Source: Clostridia bacterium
Lineage (GTDB): Bacteria > Bacillota > Clostridia > Christensenellales > CAG-138
DNA: 64,000 nucleotides
Direction: 5' to 3'
NCBI GenBank assembly: GCA_017524445.1
Contig: JAFXVP010000030.1
Coordinates: forward strand, 8,535 to 72,534
Each line of letters starts with the position of its first letter. Positions within the stretch are counted from its first letter, which is position 1. Under the pieces are notes generated by a model. It saw only the letters and a program-made list of their open reading frames with translations. It was not told the DNA's origin and did not search any database. This document shows positions 1 through 9,149 of the stretch, in pieces. Position numbers and translations under genes: made by a program.

Positions 1-441
1 CTCCATGCCCTTCAGCCCCGAAACGCGGGCGAGGTCGCAGAGCTCGTCGACGCAGACGGGGTCGACGAAAAACGCCGGTATCTTTAGCGGGTCCGCGATC
101 TCCCGCGCAATGTACGCGCCGAGGTTTGCCGCGTGTTCGCCGTAAAACGGATGCAGGATGTCCGCGATCGCGCGGTCGTTGACGCCGTAGGTGCCGGACG
201 GGATGTGGCGGAACAGGCCGCCTCTCCCGCAGACCGCATCGAGGGTCGTAAGATCGAAGCCCTTTTTCTCGAGCGCGTCGAGGATCAGCGCCTTTCGGTA
301 CGGCATCTGATCCGCGACCCGTTCAAAATGCTGCAATTCCGCGGCGCTGTGGTCGATGGAGACGCGCAGTATCTCGGTTTCCTCCTCGAACACCGCAATC
401 TTCGTGGACGTCGCGCCGGGGTTGATGACCAGTACCCGCAT
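1..441 (-). CDS. buk: Butyrate kinase, 3' end runs off the window
   Basis: Not in the ORF track. ATG at 441 on the minus strand reads MRVLVINPGATSTKIAVFEE, the acetate/butyrate kinase N-terminal signature. It starts 3 nt after the iorB stop. Confidence 0.88.
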   Translation of the reverse strand, partial: MRVLVINPGATSTKIAVFEEETEILRVSIDHSAAELQHFERVADQMPYRKALILDALEKKGFDLTTLDAVCGRGGLFRHIPSGTYGVNDRAIADILHPFYGEHAANLGAYIAREIADPLKIPAFFVDPVCVDELCDLARVSGLKGME

Positions 442-444
442 AAC

Positions 445-1017
445 TTATACCGCGTCGAAACCGGCGTGATACGCCCGAAGGTTCAGCTCGCGGAACTTCG
501 CGGGAACGACGTCGGAAATCACCGCGTCCCAGTCGATGTCCGTCATATTCAGCGCCTTTACCATGCTGCCGAAGAGCACGATGTTCGCACACTTGACGTT
601 GCCGAGCTCGGAGGCGATCTTTTCCGCGTTCAAGGGGAACACCTTGAAATGCGCCTGCATCGCTTCGAGGCAGCCCTCGGGATATTTTTCCATGCCCGCC
701 GCAATGGTTGAAGAAGCCATTTCATAATCGTTGATGATCGCGACGCCGTCGGGCTTCAAATAATTCGCATAACGCACCGCTTCCATCTTTTCGAACGCAA
801 CGATGATGTCCGCCGCACCGAAACCGATGACCGGAGAATAGACTTTCTTTCCCCAATGCACCTGCGTCGAAACGCTGCCGCCGCGCTGCGACATGCCGTG
901 GACCTCGCTCATCTTCACGTCATAGCCCGCGCGCATGAGACCCGTCACGAGAACCTTCGCGGTGAGGATCGCGCCCTGACCGCCGACGCCTACCAAAAGA
1001 GCACTCTTGTTTTCCAT
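445..1017 (-). CDS. iorB: Indolepyruvate:ferredoxin oxidoreductase beta subunit
   Basis: GVGGQG and SEVHGMSQRGGSV motifs; adjacent to iorA. Confidence 0.92.
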   Translation of the reverse strand: MENKSALLVGVGGQGAILTAKVLVTGLMRAGYDVKMSEVHGMSQRGGSVSTQVHWGKKVYSPVIGFGAADIIVAFEKMEAVRYANYLKPDGVAIINDYEMASSTIAAGMEKYPEGCLEAMQAHFKVFPLNAEKIASELGNVKCANIVLFGSMVKALNMTDIDWDAVISDVVPAKFRELNLRAYHAGFDAV

Positions 1018-1020
1018 TGC

Positions 1021-2772
1021 TTATTTCTCCTTTCGGGTGATCGCGCCCATCGGGCAGACCTGCGCGCAGACCGTGCAGCCGACGCAGGTGGTAACGTCGA
1101 TCTTCGCTTTCTTGTTTTCGACCATGACCGAGGGACAGCCGACGGAAAGGCACTTCCTGCAGCCAATGCACTTATTTGTATCGACCTCGCACTTACCGAT
1201 GTCGTGCTTAATGCGCTTGATCAAAAGACACGGACGGCGCGTGATGATCGCCGCGGGCACTTCGGATTCCGCCGCTTCGGTGACCGCCGCTTCCATGGCT
1301 TTGAGGTCCTGCGGATCAACGATGATGATCTTCTTATAGCCATAGGAGGCGAGGATGTCCTCGATCTTCAGCTTTTCCGCGATCTCACCCTCGAGCGTGA
1401 AGCCGCTGCCGGGGTTGTCCTGATGCCCGGTCATGCCGGTGATCGAGTTGTCGAGCACCACGGGGATGACCTTGCCCTTGTTGTAGATGATCTCCGCCGC
1501 GCCGGTCATGCCGGAGTGGAAGAATGTGGAATCGCCGACGACGCCGAAGACTTTCTTGTCGGTCTGGCCGGACGCTTCGAACGCCTTTGCCATGCCCATC
1601 GCGACCGTGAAGCCGCCGCCCATGCAGACGCAGGAATCGAGCGCGGAAAGAGGCGGCGCAAAGCCGAGCGTGTAGCAGCCGATGTCGCCTGCCACGACGT
1701 AGTTCTTGTGACGGCCGACGGTGTAGAAGAAGCCGCGGTGCGGGCAACCCGGGCAGAGTGCCGGGGGCCTTGAGACGGGCTTGACGCCGACGTCGACCGT
1801 TTCGGGCTTCTCACCGAAGATGCGCTCACGGAGAAGCTGCGGATTCAGCTCATAGAGGTTTCCGATCAGCTCTTTGCCGACGCACTCGACGCCCGCCGCC
1901 TTGATCTGCTCCTCCATGAACGGATCGAGCTCCTCGACGATATAGAGCTTTTTGACCTTCTTTGCAAACGCCTTGATGAGGTCCATCGGCAGCGGATTGG
2001 TAAGACCCAGCTTCAAAAACGAGGTTCCCTCCGGGAATGCGTCCTTTGCGTACTCGTAGGCGATCGACGCGGTGATGACGCCGATCTCCGAGCCGTTGAT
2101 CTCCTCCTTGTTCAGCGGAGAGGTGTTTGCGTACGCTTCGAGTGCCTTGAGGTTTGCTTCGACCTTTGCGTGATTCTTATACGCGTTTGCCGGGCTCGAG
2201 ACGTATTTCATATTGCGCTTGTAGGCGGGAACCTCGCGCTCCGTGCGCTCGCCGAAGGTCACCAGGCTCTTCGAATGCGCGACACGCGTGGTGATGCGGA
2301 ACATGACCGGCATGTCGAACTGTTCGGAGATCGCATACGCCTCTTTGAGGAAGTCAAGGCATTCCTGCGAATCGGAGGGCTCCACCATCGCGATCTTTGC
2401 CGCGCGTGCGTAGTGCCGGTTGTCCTGCTCGTTCTGCGAGGAGTGCATAGAGGGATCATCCGCCGAAACGATGACGAAGCCGCCGCAGACGCCGTTGTAC
2501 GCCGCCGTAAAGAGCGGGTCCGCCGCGACGTTCACGCCGACGTGCTTCATTGCCGAGAGGGAGCGAACGCCCGCGATCGACGCGCCGTACGCGACCTCGA
2601 CCGCGACCTTCTCGTTGGGCGCCCACTCGCAGTACAAAGCGTCTTTATACTGCGGGAGGTTTTCAAAGATTTCCGTGCTGGGCGTGCCCGGATACGCCGA
2701 GCAGACCTTGACGCCTGCTTCGAACGCGCCGCGCGCGATCGCTTCGTTGCCGGAAAGCAAAACAGGATCCAT
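1021..2772 (-). CDS. iorA: Indolepyruvate:ferredoxin oxidoreductase alpha subunit
   Basis: GNEAIARG, YPGTPSTE, LCPGCPHR, GDIGC, GDSTFFHSG TPP motif, and a C-terminal 2x[4Fe-4S] CxxCxxC domain. Confidence 0.95.
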   Translation of the reverse strand: MDPVLLSGNEAIARGAFEAGVKVCSAYPGTPSTEIFENLPQYKDALYCEWAPNEKVAVEVAYGASIAGVRSLSAMKHVGVNVAADPLFTAAYNGVCGGFVIVSADDPSMHSSQNEQDNRHYARAAKIAMVEPSDSQECLDFLKEAYAISEQFDMPVMFRITTRVAHSKSLVTFGERTEREVPAYKRNMKYVSSPANAYKNHAKVEANLKALEAYANTSPLNKEEINGSEIGVITASIAYEYAKDAFPEGTSFLKLGLTNPLPMDLIKAFAKKVKKLYIVEELDPFMEEQIKAAGVECVGKELIGNLYELNPQLLRERIFGEKPETVDVGVKPVSRPPALCPGCPHRGFFYTVGRHKNYVVAGDIGCYTLGFAPPLSALDSCVCMGGGFTVAMGMAKAFEASGQTDKKVFGVVGDSTFFHSGMTGAAEIIYNKGKVIPVVLDNSITGMTGHQDNPGSGFTLEGEIAEKLKIEDILASYGYKKIIIVDPQDLKAMEAAVTEAAESEVPAAIITRRPCLLIKRIKHDIGKCEVDTNKCIGCRKCLSVGCPSVMVENKKAKIDVTTCVGCTVCAQVCPMGAITRKEK

Positions 2773-2829
2773 ATGATTTTCCGCCTTTCTCCAATTTTTC
2801 CGTTGATACGGTTAAGTTATATGATATAT

Positions 2830-2857
2830 GAAAAGGACAGCCGAAGCTGTCCTTTCT
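2830..2857. terminator. Intrinsic terminator hairpin after the MFS gene
   Basis: AAAGGACAGC-CGAA-GCTGTCCTTT. Confidence 0.7.
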
Positions 2858-2859
2858 CA

Positions 2860-4410
2860 TCAGTCGTCTACGTCCAGCGCCTCAAGGCCTTTCTTGCGGA
2901 TCGGCTTTGCGTCGCCGTGTCTGACAAAGAACATGGTGACGAACGCCAGAATGACGAAGATCGTCGCGTATGGGAAGAGGATCTTAAGTCCCAGAGCGTC
3001 CATCAAAAAGCCGGAGAAGATCGGCGTCAGCACCTGCGCCGCCATGGACGCGGTGTAATAATAGCCGGTGTACTTGCCGACGTTGCCGCCCTTTGCGAGT
3101 TCCACGACCATCGGGAAGGAGTTGACGTTGATCGTCGCCCAGCCGACGCCCGCGAGCGCGAACATGGCGTTCATCAGCAGCGCGGAGCTGCCCTCACGCA
3201 GGAAGGATGCGACGCCGAACGCGATCGCCAGCATGATGACGCCCGCGAGGATCGTCTTTTTGCGGCCGACCTTCGAAGCGATAAAGCCGACGGGCAGGTA
3301 GGAGATGATCGCGGCTGCCTGCGCGATGATCAGCGTGGTGTTGTAGTCGAGGTTTAAGACCTTGCCCGCATAGACGGAATATTTGCTCGTGACGGCGTTG
3401 TAGCCGAAGAACCACAGGACCACGGACGCGAGGATCAGAAGCAGGGACGTAAGCTCGCCCTTAGAAAGCTTTCTCGAACCGGAGCCGTCGTCCTCCTCGC
3501 CGTCGTCGATGCCGTAGCGCTTGCTCTCCTCCTCCATGTCCTGCACGAACTTCGGTTCCTTGACCGTGAGCAGGAAGATGACGAGCGCAAGCACCATGAC
3601 CGCAGCGATCACGGTGAAGAACAGCGTATAGCTCATCATGGCTTTCGGCGCTTTGCCCGTGCCGAACACGATGCCGAGCGCGAGCACCAGGATGCCGCCG
3701 AACGTGCCCATCAGATTGATGACGGCGTTCGCCTTAGAGCGCAGCGGCTTGATCGTCACGTCCGGCATCAGCGCGACCGCAGGCGAGCGGAAGATGCTCA
3801 TTGAAACGAGCGTCACGAGCAGCACCGCCATAAACAGCACGAGGATCATGCGGTTCTGCGCGGTGGTCTTTGCCGCGACCGCCTGACGCGCGGGCACGAA
3901 GTAGGAATCCCACGCCGCGAGCGCTTCCTTGTCGCCCGCAGCGGCCTTGTTCACGACGTCCTTCATGTCGGCTTCGGAATACTTCTCGGAAAGGATGTAC
4001 TCCTCGCCCTCGTGCGTTTTGAGCTTGCCGTTGACGATGTCGGCATCGGCATAGACGGCCTGTACGCCCGCTTCGTCCATCTTTGCCGCGTCGCCGATTT
4101 TGTTTAGCTGCGCGCCGTCGATGAACGAGAGCCCGACGAACGCGACGACGGCGACGATCGTGCCGATCACGATGTACGGCGTGCGTCTGCCGAAGCGGGA
4201 CTTGCACTTATCACTGAGTGCGCCGAAGATCGGCAGCATGAACAGCGCAAGCACGTTGTCCAGCGCCATGACGACGCCCGACCAGCCCTGCGCCATACCG
4301 AATTTGTCCGTTAAGATCTTGGGGATGATGTTGTCGTACGCCTGCCAAAAAGCACAGATGAGAAAGAATGCGAATCCGACACAGATCGTGCGCTTATAGT
4401 TCAGTTTCAT
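2860..4410 (-). CDS. MFS transporter (GPH/SLC45-like sugar:cation symporter)
   Basis: About 12 hydrophobic segments and a GALSDKCKSRFGRRTPY loop motif; start taken at MKLNYKR (ATG 4410). Confidence 0.85.
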   Translation of the reverse strand: MKLNYKRTICVGFAFFLICAFWQAYDNIIPKILTDKFGMAQGWSGVVMALDNVLALFMLPIFGALSDKCKSRFGRRTPYIVIGTIVAVVAFVGLSFIDGAQLNKIGDAAKMDEAGVQAVYADADIVNGKLKTHEGEEYILSEKYSEADMKDVVNKAAAGDKEALAAWDSYFVPARQAVAAKTTAQNRMILVLFMAVLLVTLVSMSIFRSPAVALMPDVTIKPLRSKANAVINLMGTFGGILVLALGIVFGTGKAPKAMMSYTLFFTVIAAVMVLALVIFLLTVKEPKFVQDMEEESKRYGIDDGEEDDGSGSRKLSKGELTSLLLILASVVLWFFGYNAVTSKYSVYAGKVLNLDYNTTLIIAQAAAIISYLPVGFIASKVGRKKTILAGVIMLAIAFGVASFLREGSSALLMNAMFALAGVGWATINVNSFPMVVELAKGGNVGKYTGYYYTASMAAQVLTPIFSGFLMDALGLKILFPYATIFVILAFVTMFFVRHGDAKPIRKKGLEALDVDD

Positions 4411-4517
4411 ATTTGCCCCCGATCGACCGAAAGTCATATTTTTACCTTTTCATTATAACGGAAACGTGGTATAATCTCAATAGGCAAGAATCTTATATTA
4501 TCAAGGGAGCATGGGAA

Positions 4518-5348
4518 ATGGGTTGGTTGGTCGCGTTGATCTCGGTAATTGTTCTGTTTGTCGTTTATTTGTTTTTCGTACTGCCCGCCGGCGCGGACGA
4601 AGCGAAATTCGCGCCGTTCCAGGGACTGATGGCAGCGCATCGCGGCCTGTATGAAAAGGATCAGAGCGTTCCCGAAAACTCGCTCGAGGCGTTCAAAAGA
4701 GCCGCGGAATACGGCTGCGGCGTGGAGCTTGACGTACAGTTATCGAAGGACGGCAAAGTCGTGGTCTTCCATGACGATACGGTGGACCGCATGACGACAG
4801 AGAAAGGCCGCGTAGACAGCTTTACGCTCGAAGAATTGCAGGCAATGCCGCTCATGGGCACGGAGCACCGCATGCCGCTGTTTACCGACGTGATGGCGGT
4901 GCTCGACGGCAAGTCCCCGACGATCGTGGAGCTCAAGTCCACGCCGAACTACAAGGAGCTTTGTGAAAACACACTCGTGCTTTTGCGCATGTTCAAAGGT
5001 CCGTACTGCGTCGAAAGCTTCGATCCGCGCATCGTGCGCTGGTTTTATAAGAACGCGCCGGACCTTACCCGCGGGCAGCTTACCGAGGCGTTTTCCTACT
5101 GGCGCAAGGCGGGTCTGCCGCTTTGGCGCTGCGTTATGATGCATACGCTCTGCGTGAACTTTCTCACGCATCCGCAGTTTATCGCGTTCGGCAGAGGGCA
5201 TCGGCCGCTTTGCATGCTATTGGGCCGCAAGCTCGGCGCAAAGACGGTCTTCTGGACCGAGCGCCCGGATTCCGACCACAGAACACTTGCCAAGCGCTAC
5301 GACTGCCGGATCTTCGAGCACTACCGTCCGGAGACGCGGTACAAATGA
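4518..5348 (+). CDS. Glycerophosphodiester phosphodiesterase family protein with N-terminal membrane anchor
   Basis: AHRG, PENSLEAF, ELDVQLSKDG, VVFHD and IVELK motifs; TGGTATAAT extended -10 upstream. Confidence 0.9.
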   Translation: MGWLVALISVIVLFVVYLFFVLPAGADEAKFAPFQGLMAAHRGLYEKDQSVPENSLEAFKRAAEYGCGVELDVQLSKDGKVVVFHDDTVDRMTTEKGRVDSFTLEELQAMPLMGTEHRMPLFTDVMAVLDGKSPTIVELKSTPNYKELCENTLVLLRMFKGPYCVESFDPRIVRWFYKNAPDLTRGQLTEAFSYWRKAGLPLWRCVMMHTLCVNFLTHPQFIAFGRGHRPLCMLLGRKLGAKTVFWTERPDSDHRTLAKRYDCRIFEHYRPETRYK

Positions 5349-5374
5349 AGTGCTGTCATCGATCGCGTTCATGC

Positions 5375-5406
5375 AAAAAACGCTCCGAAATGCCGGAGCG
5401 TTTTTT
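5375..5406. terminator. Bidirectional terminator between convergent genes
   Basis: AAAAAACGCTCCG-AAATGC-CGGAGCGTTTTTT. Confidence 0.75.
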
Positions 5407-6715
5407 ATACGACAAGATCCCCTTCTTCGCTGTTCAGGACCTCGAAGATCTCCTCTTCCGCGCCGGACGCGGCGTTCACGTAGATGATGAAGAACGTCTC
5501 GCCGCGCGTGCATTTGAATTCGTAGCAAAGGACCTCGTGCGTGTTCGATTTCGAGATCAGCGCAAGCGCGGTATGCTCGAGCGTCAGCGAATCGCTCAGC
5601 GCGTTCTTCGCGTCCGTCTCGGTCAGGATCGCGGAGGAAAGGTCGCGTTCACGGTGGTGAAAGCGGTAGTTTTGTGCGTCGAGCCCGATCACCTGCTGCG
5701 TAATGCGGTCGACATAGACCTTGACAAGATCGGCATACAGGATCACGCCGTTCTGCACGGCGGCGTAGTTCAAGACGACCGTACCCGCGTAATACTGCGC
5801 GTAGGACGGCTCCATCTTGCCGAAGCCGTGCGCTTCGAGGTACGCGCTTGCCGCCTCGTGCAGCCGTTCGCTCTCCTCGTCGCTCGGCGGATCGTTCTTG
5901 TCGCCCGTGGGCGTGCCCATGAAATACAGCAGCAGCCCGCCGCGCTCTGTGATTGAAACGCACAGCTCGCTTTTGTCATCATTTGCGGAAAAATCGTAGG
6001 TCACGATCATGCTTTCCGTGCGCCCGTCAAGCGTCAGCGTGCGGTCCGGGAACAGCTCGCCCGCGATGCGCATGGCTTCGTTTTCGTCCACCGTCTCTTC
6101 GGGAAGGCCCAGCGGCTCCGCCTGCTCGCTGCTTTCGGAAAACGGCCCGTCGTACAGAAGCGACGGGTAGTTTGCGATATTCTCCTCGTCGGTCTCGCCG
6201 CCGTAAAAGCCGTCCTCCGGCGCGGTCGGAAATTTCCCGTCCATGCAGCCGCCGTCGTACTGCTCCGAAAGCCCGGAACAGCAGGTTTTGAGTTCACTCA
6301 GCGAGCCGAGCTGCTCCTCGGTGAGCATTTGCCCGGAAAGCACGCGGTCCATCAGCGTCTCGGCAAAGTCGCCGGTGCGGGTGAGAAACTGCATCAGCCC
6401 CTCGTCGTCCGCGTGCGCGACCGGCAGCAGCGACAGCGCGCGCACCGCGCCGGCGGAAAGCCGTCGGATATCCGCGAACGATTTGGAAAGGCGCGCGGGC
6501 GTGCCAGCCGCTTCGAGTTTCGAAAGCGCGACGTTCAGGTCGTTGAGGTCGTTACTCAGCGCACGGTACGCGCTTTCGGTCTGCGCGTCGATCACGCGCT
6601 GCTGCTCCGCGATCGTTTTGCGCTGTTTGAAAAACAGAACGGTCATCACCGCAAGCCCGATCAAAAGGATTGCGGGGACGCCGAACAGCCAGATTTTCTT
6701 GGTCACTCGTATCAT
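5405..6715 (-). CDS. ypeB: Germination protein YpeB (PepSY domains)
   Basis: N-terminal TM, YPSLLYDGPFS motif, YADLVKVYV and CYEFK; ATGA overlap with sleB. Confidence 0.85.
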   Translation of the reverse strand: MIRVTKKIWLFGVPAILLIGLAVMTVLFFKQRKTIAEQQRVIDAQTESAYRALSNDLNDLNVALSKLEAAGTPARLSKSFADIRRLSAGAVRALSLLPVAHADDEGLMQFLTRTGDFAETLMDRVLSGQMLTEEQLGSLSELKTCCSGLSEQYDGGCMDGKFPTAPEDGFYGGETDEENIANYPSLLYDGPFSESSEQAEPLGLPEETVDENEAMRIAGELFPDRTLTLDGRTESMIVTYDFSANDDKSELCVSITERGGLLLYFMGTPTGDKNDPPSDEESERLHEAASAYLEAHGFGKMEPSYAQYYAGTVVLNYAAVQNGVILYADLVKVYVDRITQQVIGLDAQNYRFHHRERDLSSAILTETDAKNALSDSLTLEHTALALISKSNTHEVLCYEFKCTRGETFFIIYVNAASGAEEEIFEVLNSEEGDLVV

Positions 6716-7383
6716 TTGCAAAAAACGTGATCGCCGATGCGCACCACGACGGGGCGGCTGCGGATCCAGCGGTTGCTTGTTTTGGCGGGGTTGTAGTAAT
6801 AGAGACAACCGCCCGTCGGGTCCCACCCGTTCATGGCGTCCTTCGCCGCCTTCAGCGCCGAATCGTTCGGCGTGAGATTGATCTGCCCGTCGTCGACCGC
6901 CGAGAACGCGCCTTTCTGATAGACCACGCCGGAGATCGAGTTCGGGAACGAACTGCTTTTGACGCGGTTCAGGACGACCGCGCCGACCGCGACCTGCCCC
7001 TTATACGGCTCTCCGCGCGATTCGCTGTAGATGCATTGGGCCAGCAGATACACGTCGCCGGACGCGGGCTTGGTCGAGGAGGATACCGTGTTTTTGAGGT
7101 TCAGTCCCATCGCCGCCGCGGTCTTTTCGCCAACGACACCGTCGACGGTCAGCCCGTTCTTTTCCTGAAACCAGCGGACCGCGCGCTCGGTCGCGTAGCC
7201 GAAGATGCCGTCGACCGAACCCGAATAGTATCCCCACTGCTTCAGCTTCTTCTGCACCGCGGCGACCTCGTCGCCCGTGGACCCGCGCTTTAATGCCGCC
7301 TCCGCCGTCAAAAGCGGCAGCGCGGCACAGACGATGAGAAGCGCGAGCACGGCGATCTTTCCGATCCTGATTGCCTTGCGCAT
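6712..7383 (-). CDS. sleB: Spore cortex-lytic enzyme SleB
   Basis: Signal peptide, PG-binding domain (VQKKLKQWGYY...DGIFG), Hydrolase_2 domain (ESRGEPYKGQVAVGAVVLNRV, DPTGGCLYYYNP). Confidence 0.93.
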   Translation of the reverse strand: MRKAIRIGKIAVLALLIVCAALPLLTAEAALKRGSTGDEVAAVQKKLKQWGYYSGSVDGIFGYATERAVRWFQEKNGLTVDGVVGEKTAAAMGLNLKNTVSSSTKPASGDVYLLAQCIYSESRGEPYKGQVAVGAVVLNRVKSSSFPNSISGVVYQKGAFSAVDDGQINLTPNDSALKAAKDAMNGWDPTGGCLYYYNPAKTSNRWIRSRPVVVRIGDHVFCK

Positions 7384-7392
7384 ACGGCCTCC

Positions 7393-7929
7393 TCAGAACA
7401 TCGACCGAATGAGATTCACGATCCAGCTCTCGGTCTCGATTTCGTCGAGATCGACCTCCTCGCCGGTCTCCGAGACGATGCACAGCGGCGGAAACAGCAC
7501 GCACCACCAGTTGTGCCCCTCGGCGGGACCGATCCGCACGCACAGCGCGTCGTACTCGCCCGCAGGAAACAAGAGGTCGCCGTAGATACGGTCCGGGAAC
7601 GTCTCCGTGCCCAAAGAAAGCTGCACGCCGTAATCGAGCCCGCGGTCTTTCAGGACCGCCTCGGCGGTCTTCTGGATCTCGTCGCCGTGCGACAGCAGAA
7701 ACGCCCGCGCGTCGTCGTAGCTTTCGGCGCGTTCGAACAGCGGCAGGATCGCGTCGCGCACGGAAAGCTTTGCGCTCTGGTCCTCGTCGGAATCGCTCGC
7801 GGCGATCACGTGCAGGCGCAGCACGCCCTCGCTCGACGCAAGGACGGATTTCGCGGGCGCGGCGCTGTTTATCACGCCGACCGCGACGGCGAGAAGCAGG
7901 ATGAGACCGGTAAAGAATCGTTTCAGCAT
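7393..7929 (-). CDS. spoIIR: Stage II sporulation protein R
   Basis: LRLHVIAASDS, FPDRIYG, GPAEGHNWWCVLFPPLC. Confidence 0.95.
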   Translation of the reverse strand: MLKRFFTGLILLLAVAVGVINSAAPAKSVLASSEGVLRLHVIAASDSDEDQSAKLSVRDAILPLFERAESYDDARAFLLSHGDEIQKTAEAVLKDRGLDYGVQLSLGTETFPDRIYGDLLFPAGEYDALCVRIGPAEGHNWWCVLFPPLCIVSETGEEVDLDEIETESWIVNLIRSMF

Positions 7930-7949
7930 TATTTTTTCACCTCGGATGG

Positions 7950-7978
7950 AGTATTTCCTGTCCTTTGCGGTTCTATAC
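7950..7978 (-). promoter_or_regulatory. SigF-type promoter of spoIIR
   Basis: Minus strand GTATA-15 nt-GGAAATACT matches the SigF consensus GYWTA-N15-GGnnAnAnT; spoIIR is SigF-dependent in B. subtilis. Confidence 0.75.
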
Positions 7979-7981
7979 CTG

Positions 7982-8010
7982 TTGACTTTTTGAAGGATTT
8001 CCTATACCAT
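7982..8010 (+). promoter_or_regulatory. SigA-type promoter
   Basis: TTGACT-17 nt-TACCAT. Confidence 0.55.
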
Positions 8011-8016
8011 TTATAT

Positions 8017-8580
8017 ATGATTTCCATGAGAGACGCGATCGAAGCCGCACTTTCGGACTTCGTCGAACGGCATACCGGCGTGAAGCCCGAGCTGAAACCG
8101 TCGAAAAAGGCGCATCTTGCTTCGAGCAGCTTTTTGCGCGGGGACGCGATCGCGGCGGCGGAAACGCTGTCCTCGCACGCAAAGGACTGCGCGCTGTTTT
8201 CTGCGCCGCTGCTTTCACGCGTGACCACGGAAAACGGCTGGCTGCTGTTCTTTTTCACGGCGGACGCGATCGACGCGTTTGCGGAGACGCTGCCGCCCGC
8301 CGAAGAACCGGACGATTCGTTTTTTATGCGGCGGCTCTGGATCATGGTGCACCACGACGACGCAAAGACGCCGGACGATCCGAAACTTCTGGACGGTTTT
8401 TACGCCGCCTTATTCCATGCACCGGACGGCGAAAAGCGCTTTCTTGCCGCGCCGAAGGCGCACGACGGAAACGCGCGCGTCGCGATCGAACAGCGTTTAT
8501 ATCGCATGGCAAAGATCTTATTATGGGAACGGAGGGACCCGATATGCAATACACCTGGCTCGGACACTCGACCTTTCTGA
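8017..8580 (+). CDS. Hypothetical protein
   Basis: 3' part of ORF 7513..8580 not overlapping spoIIR; start 8017 or 8026; overlaps the next gene. Confidence 0.65.
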   Translation: MISMRDAIEAALSDFVERHTGVKPELKPSKKAHLASSSFLRGDAIAAAETLSSHAKDCALFSAPLLSRVTTENGWLLFFFTADAIDAFAETLPPAEEPDDSFFMRRLWIMVHHDDAKTPDDPKLLDGFYAALFHAPDGEKRFLAAPKAHDGNARVAIEQRLYRMAKILLWERRDPICNTPGSDTRPF

Positions 8581-9137
8581 TCACCAACGACGCGGGCGGA
8601 CGGCTCGTCACCGACCCCGCGGACGAACGGACCAGCCCCAATCAGCCGCACGTCACGGCCGACGTAATCACCGTTTCGCACCGGCATTTCGACCACTGCG
8701 CCACGGAACGCGTCGGCGGCGAGCCGACGGTCAAAGAGAGCGCGGAACCCGAAACGCTCGCGGGCTTTTCGATCCGCGGCTTTCATGCTTTCCACGACGA
8801 GGTGAAAGGCGCAAAGCGCGGCACGAATACAATCTTTCTCTTTGAAGCGGACGGACAGCGGTTCGTGCACTGCGGCGATCTCGGACATATGCCGAACGAG
8901 GAAACGCTCGCCGCGATCAAGGGATGCGACGCCCTTTTGATCCCGGTCGGCGGCATCTACACGGTGGACGGAAAAACCGCGTGGGCGATCGCAAAGCGCA
9001 TCGCGCCGAAGACCGTCGTGCCGATGCACTATCAAACGCCCGACCTCGGCTTTGCGCTGGAGCCGGTCACGAACTTCCTCGCGGCGGCGAAGGCGGACCC
9101 CGCGCCGATCGTGATCGAACTCCCCTCCCGCGACTGA
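8544..9137 (+). CDS. MBL-fold metallo-hydrolase
   Basis: WLGHSTF, SHRHFDH, HCGDLG, VPMHY; GGAGG RBS. Confidence 0.9.
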   Translation: MQYTWLGHSTFLITNDAGGRLVTDPADERTSPNQPHVTADVITVSHRHFDHCATERVGGEPTVKESAEPETLAGFSIRGFHAFHDEVKGAKRGTNTIFLFEADGQRFVHCGDLGHMPNEETLAAIKGCDALLIPVGGIYTVDGKTAWAIAKRIAPKTVVPMHYQTPDLGFALEPVTNFLAAAKADPAPIVIELPSRD

Positions 9138-9149
9138 AAGGAGACGCCC

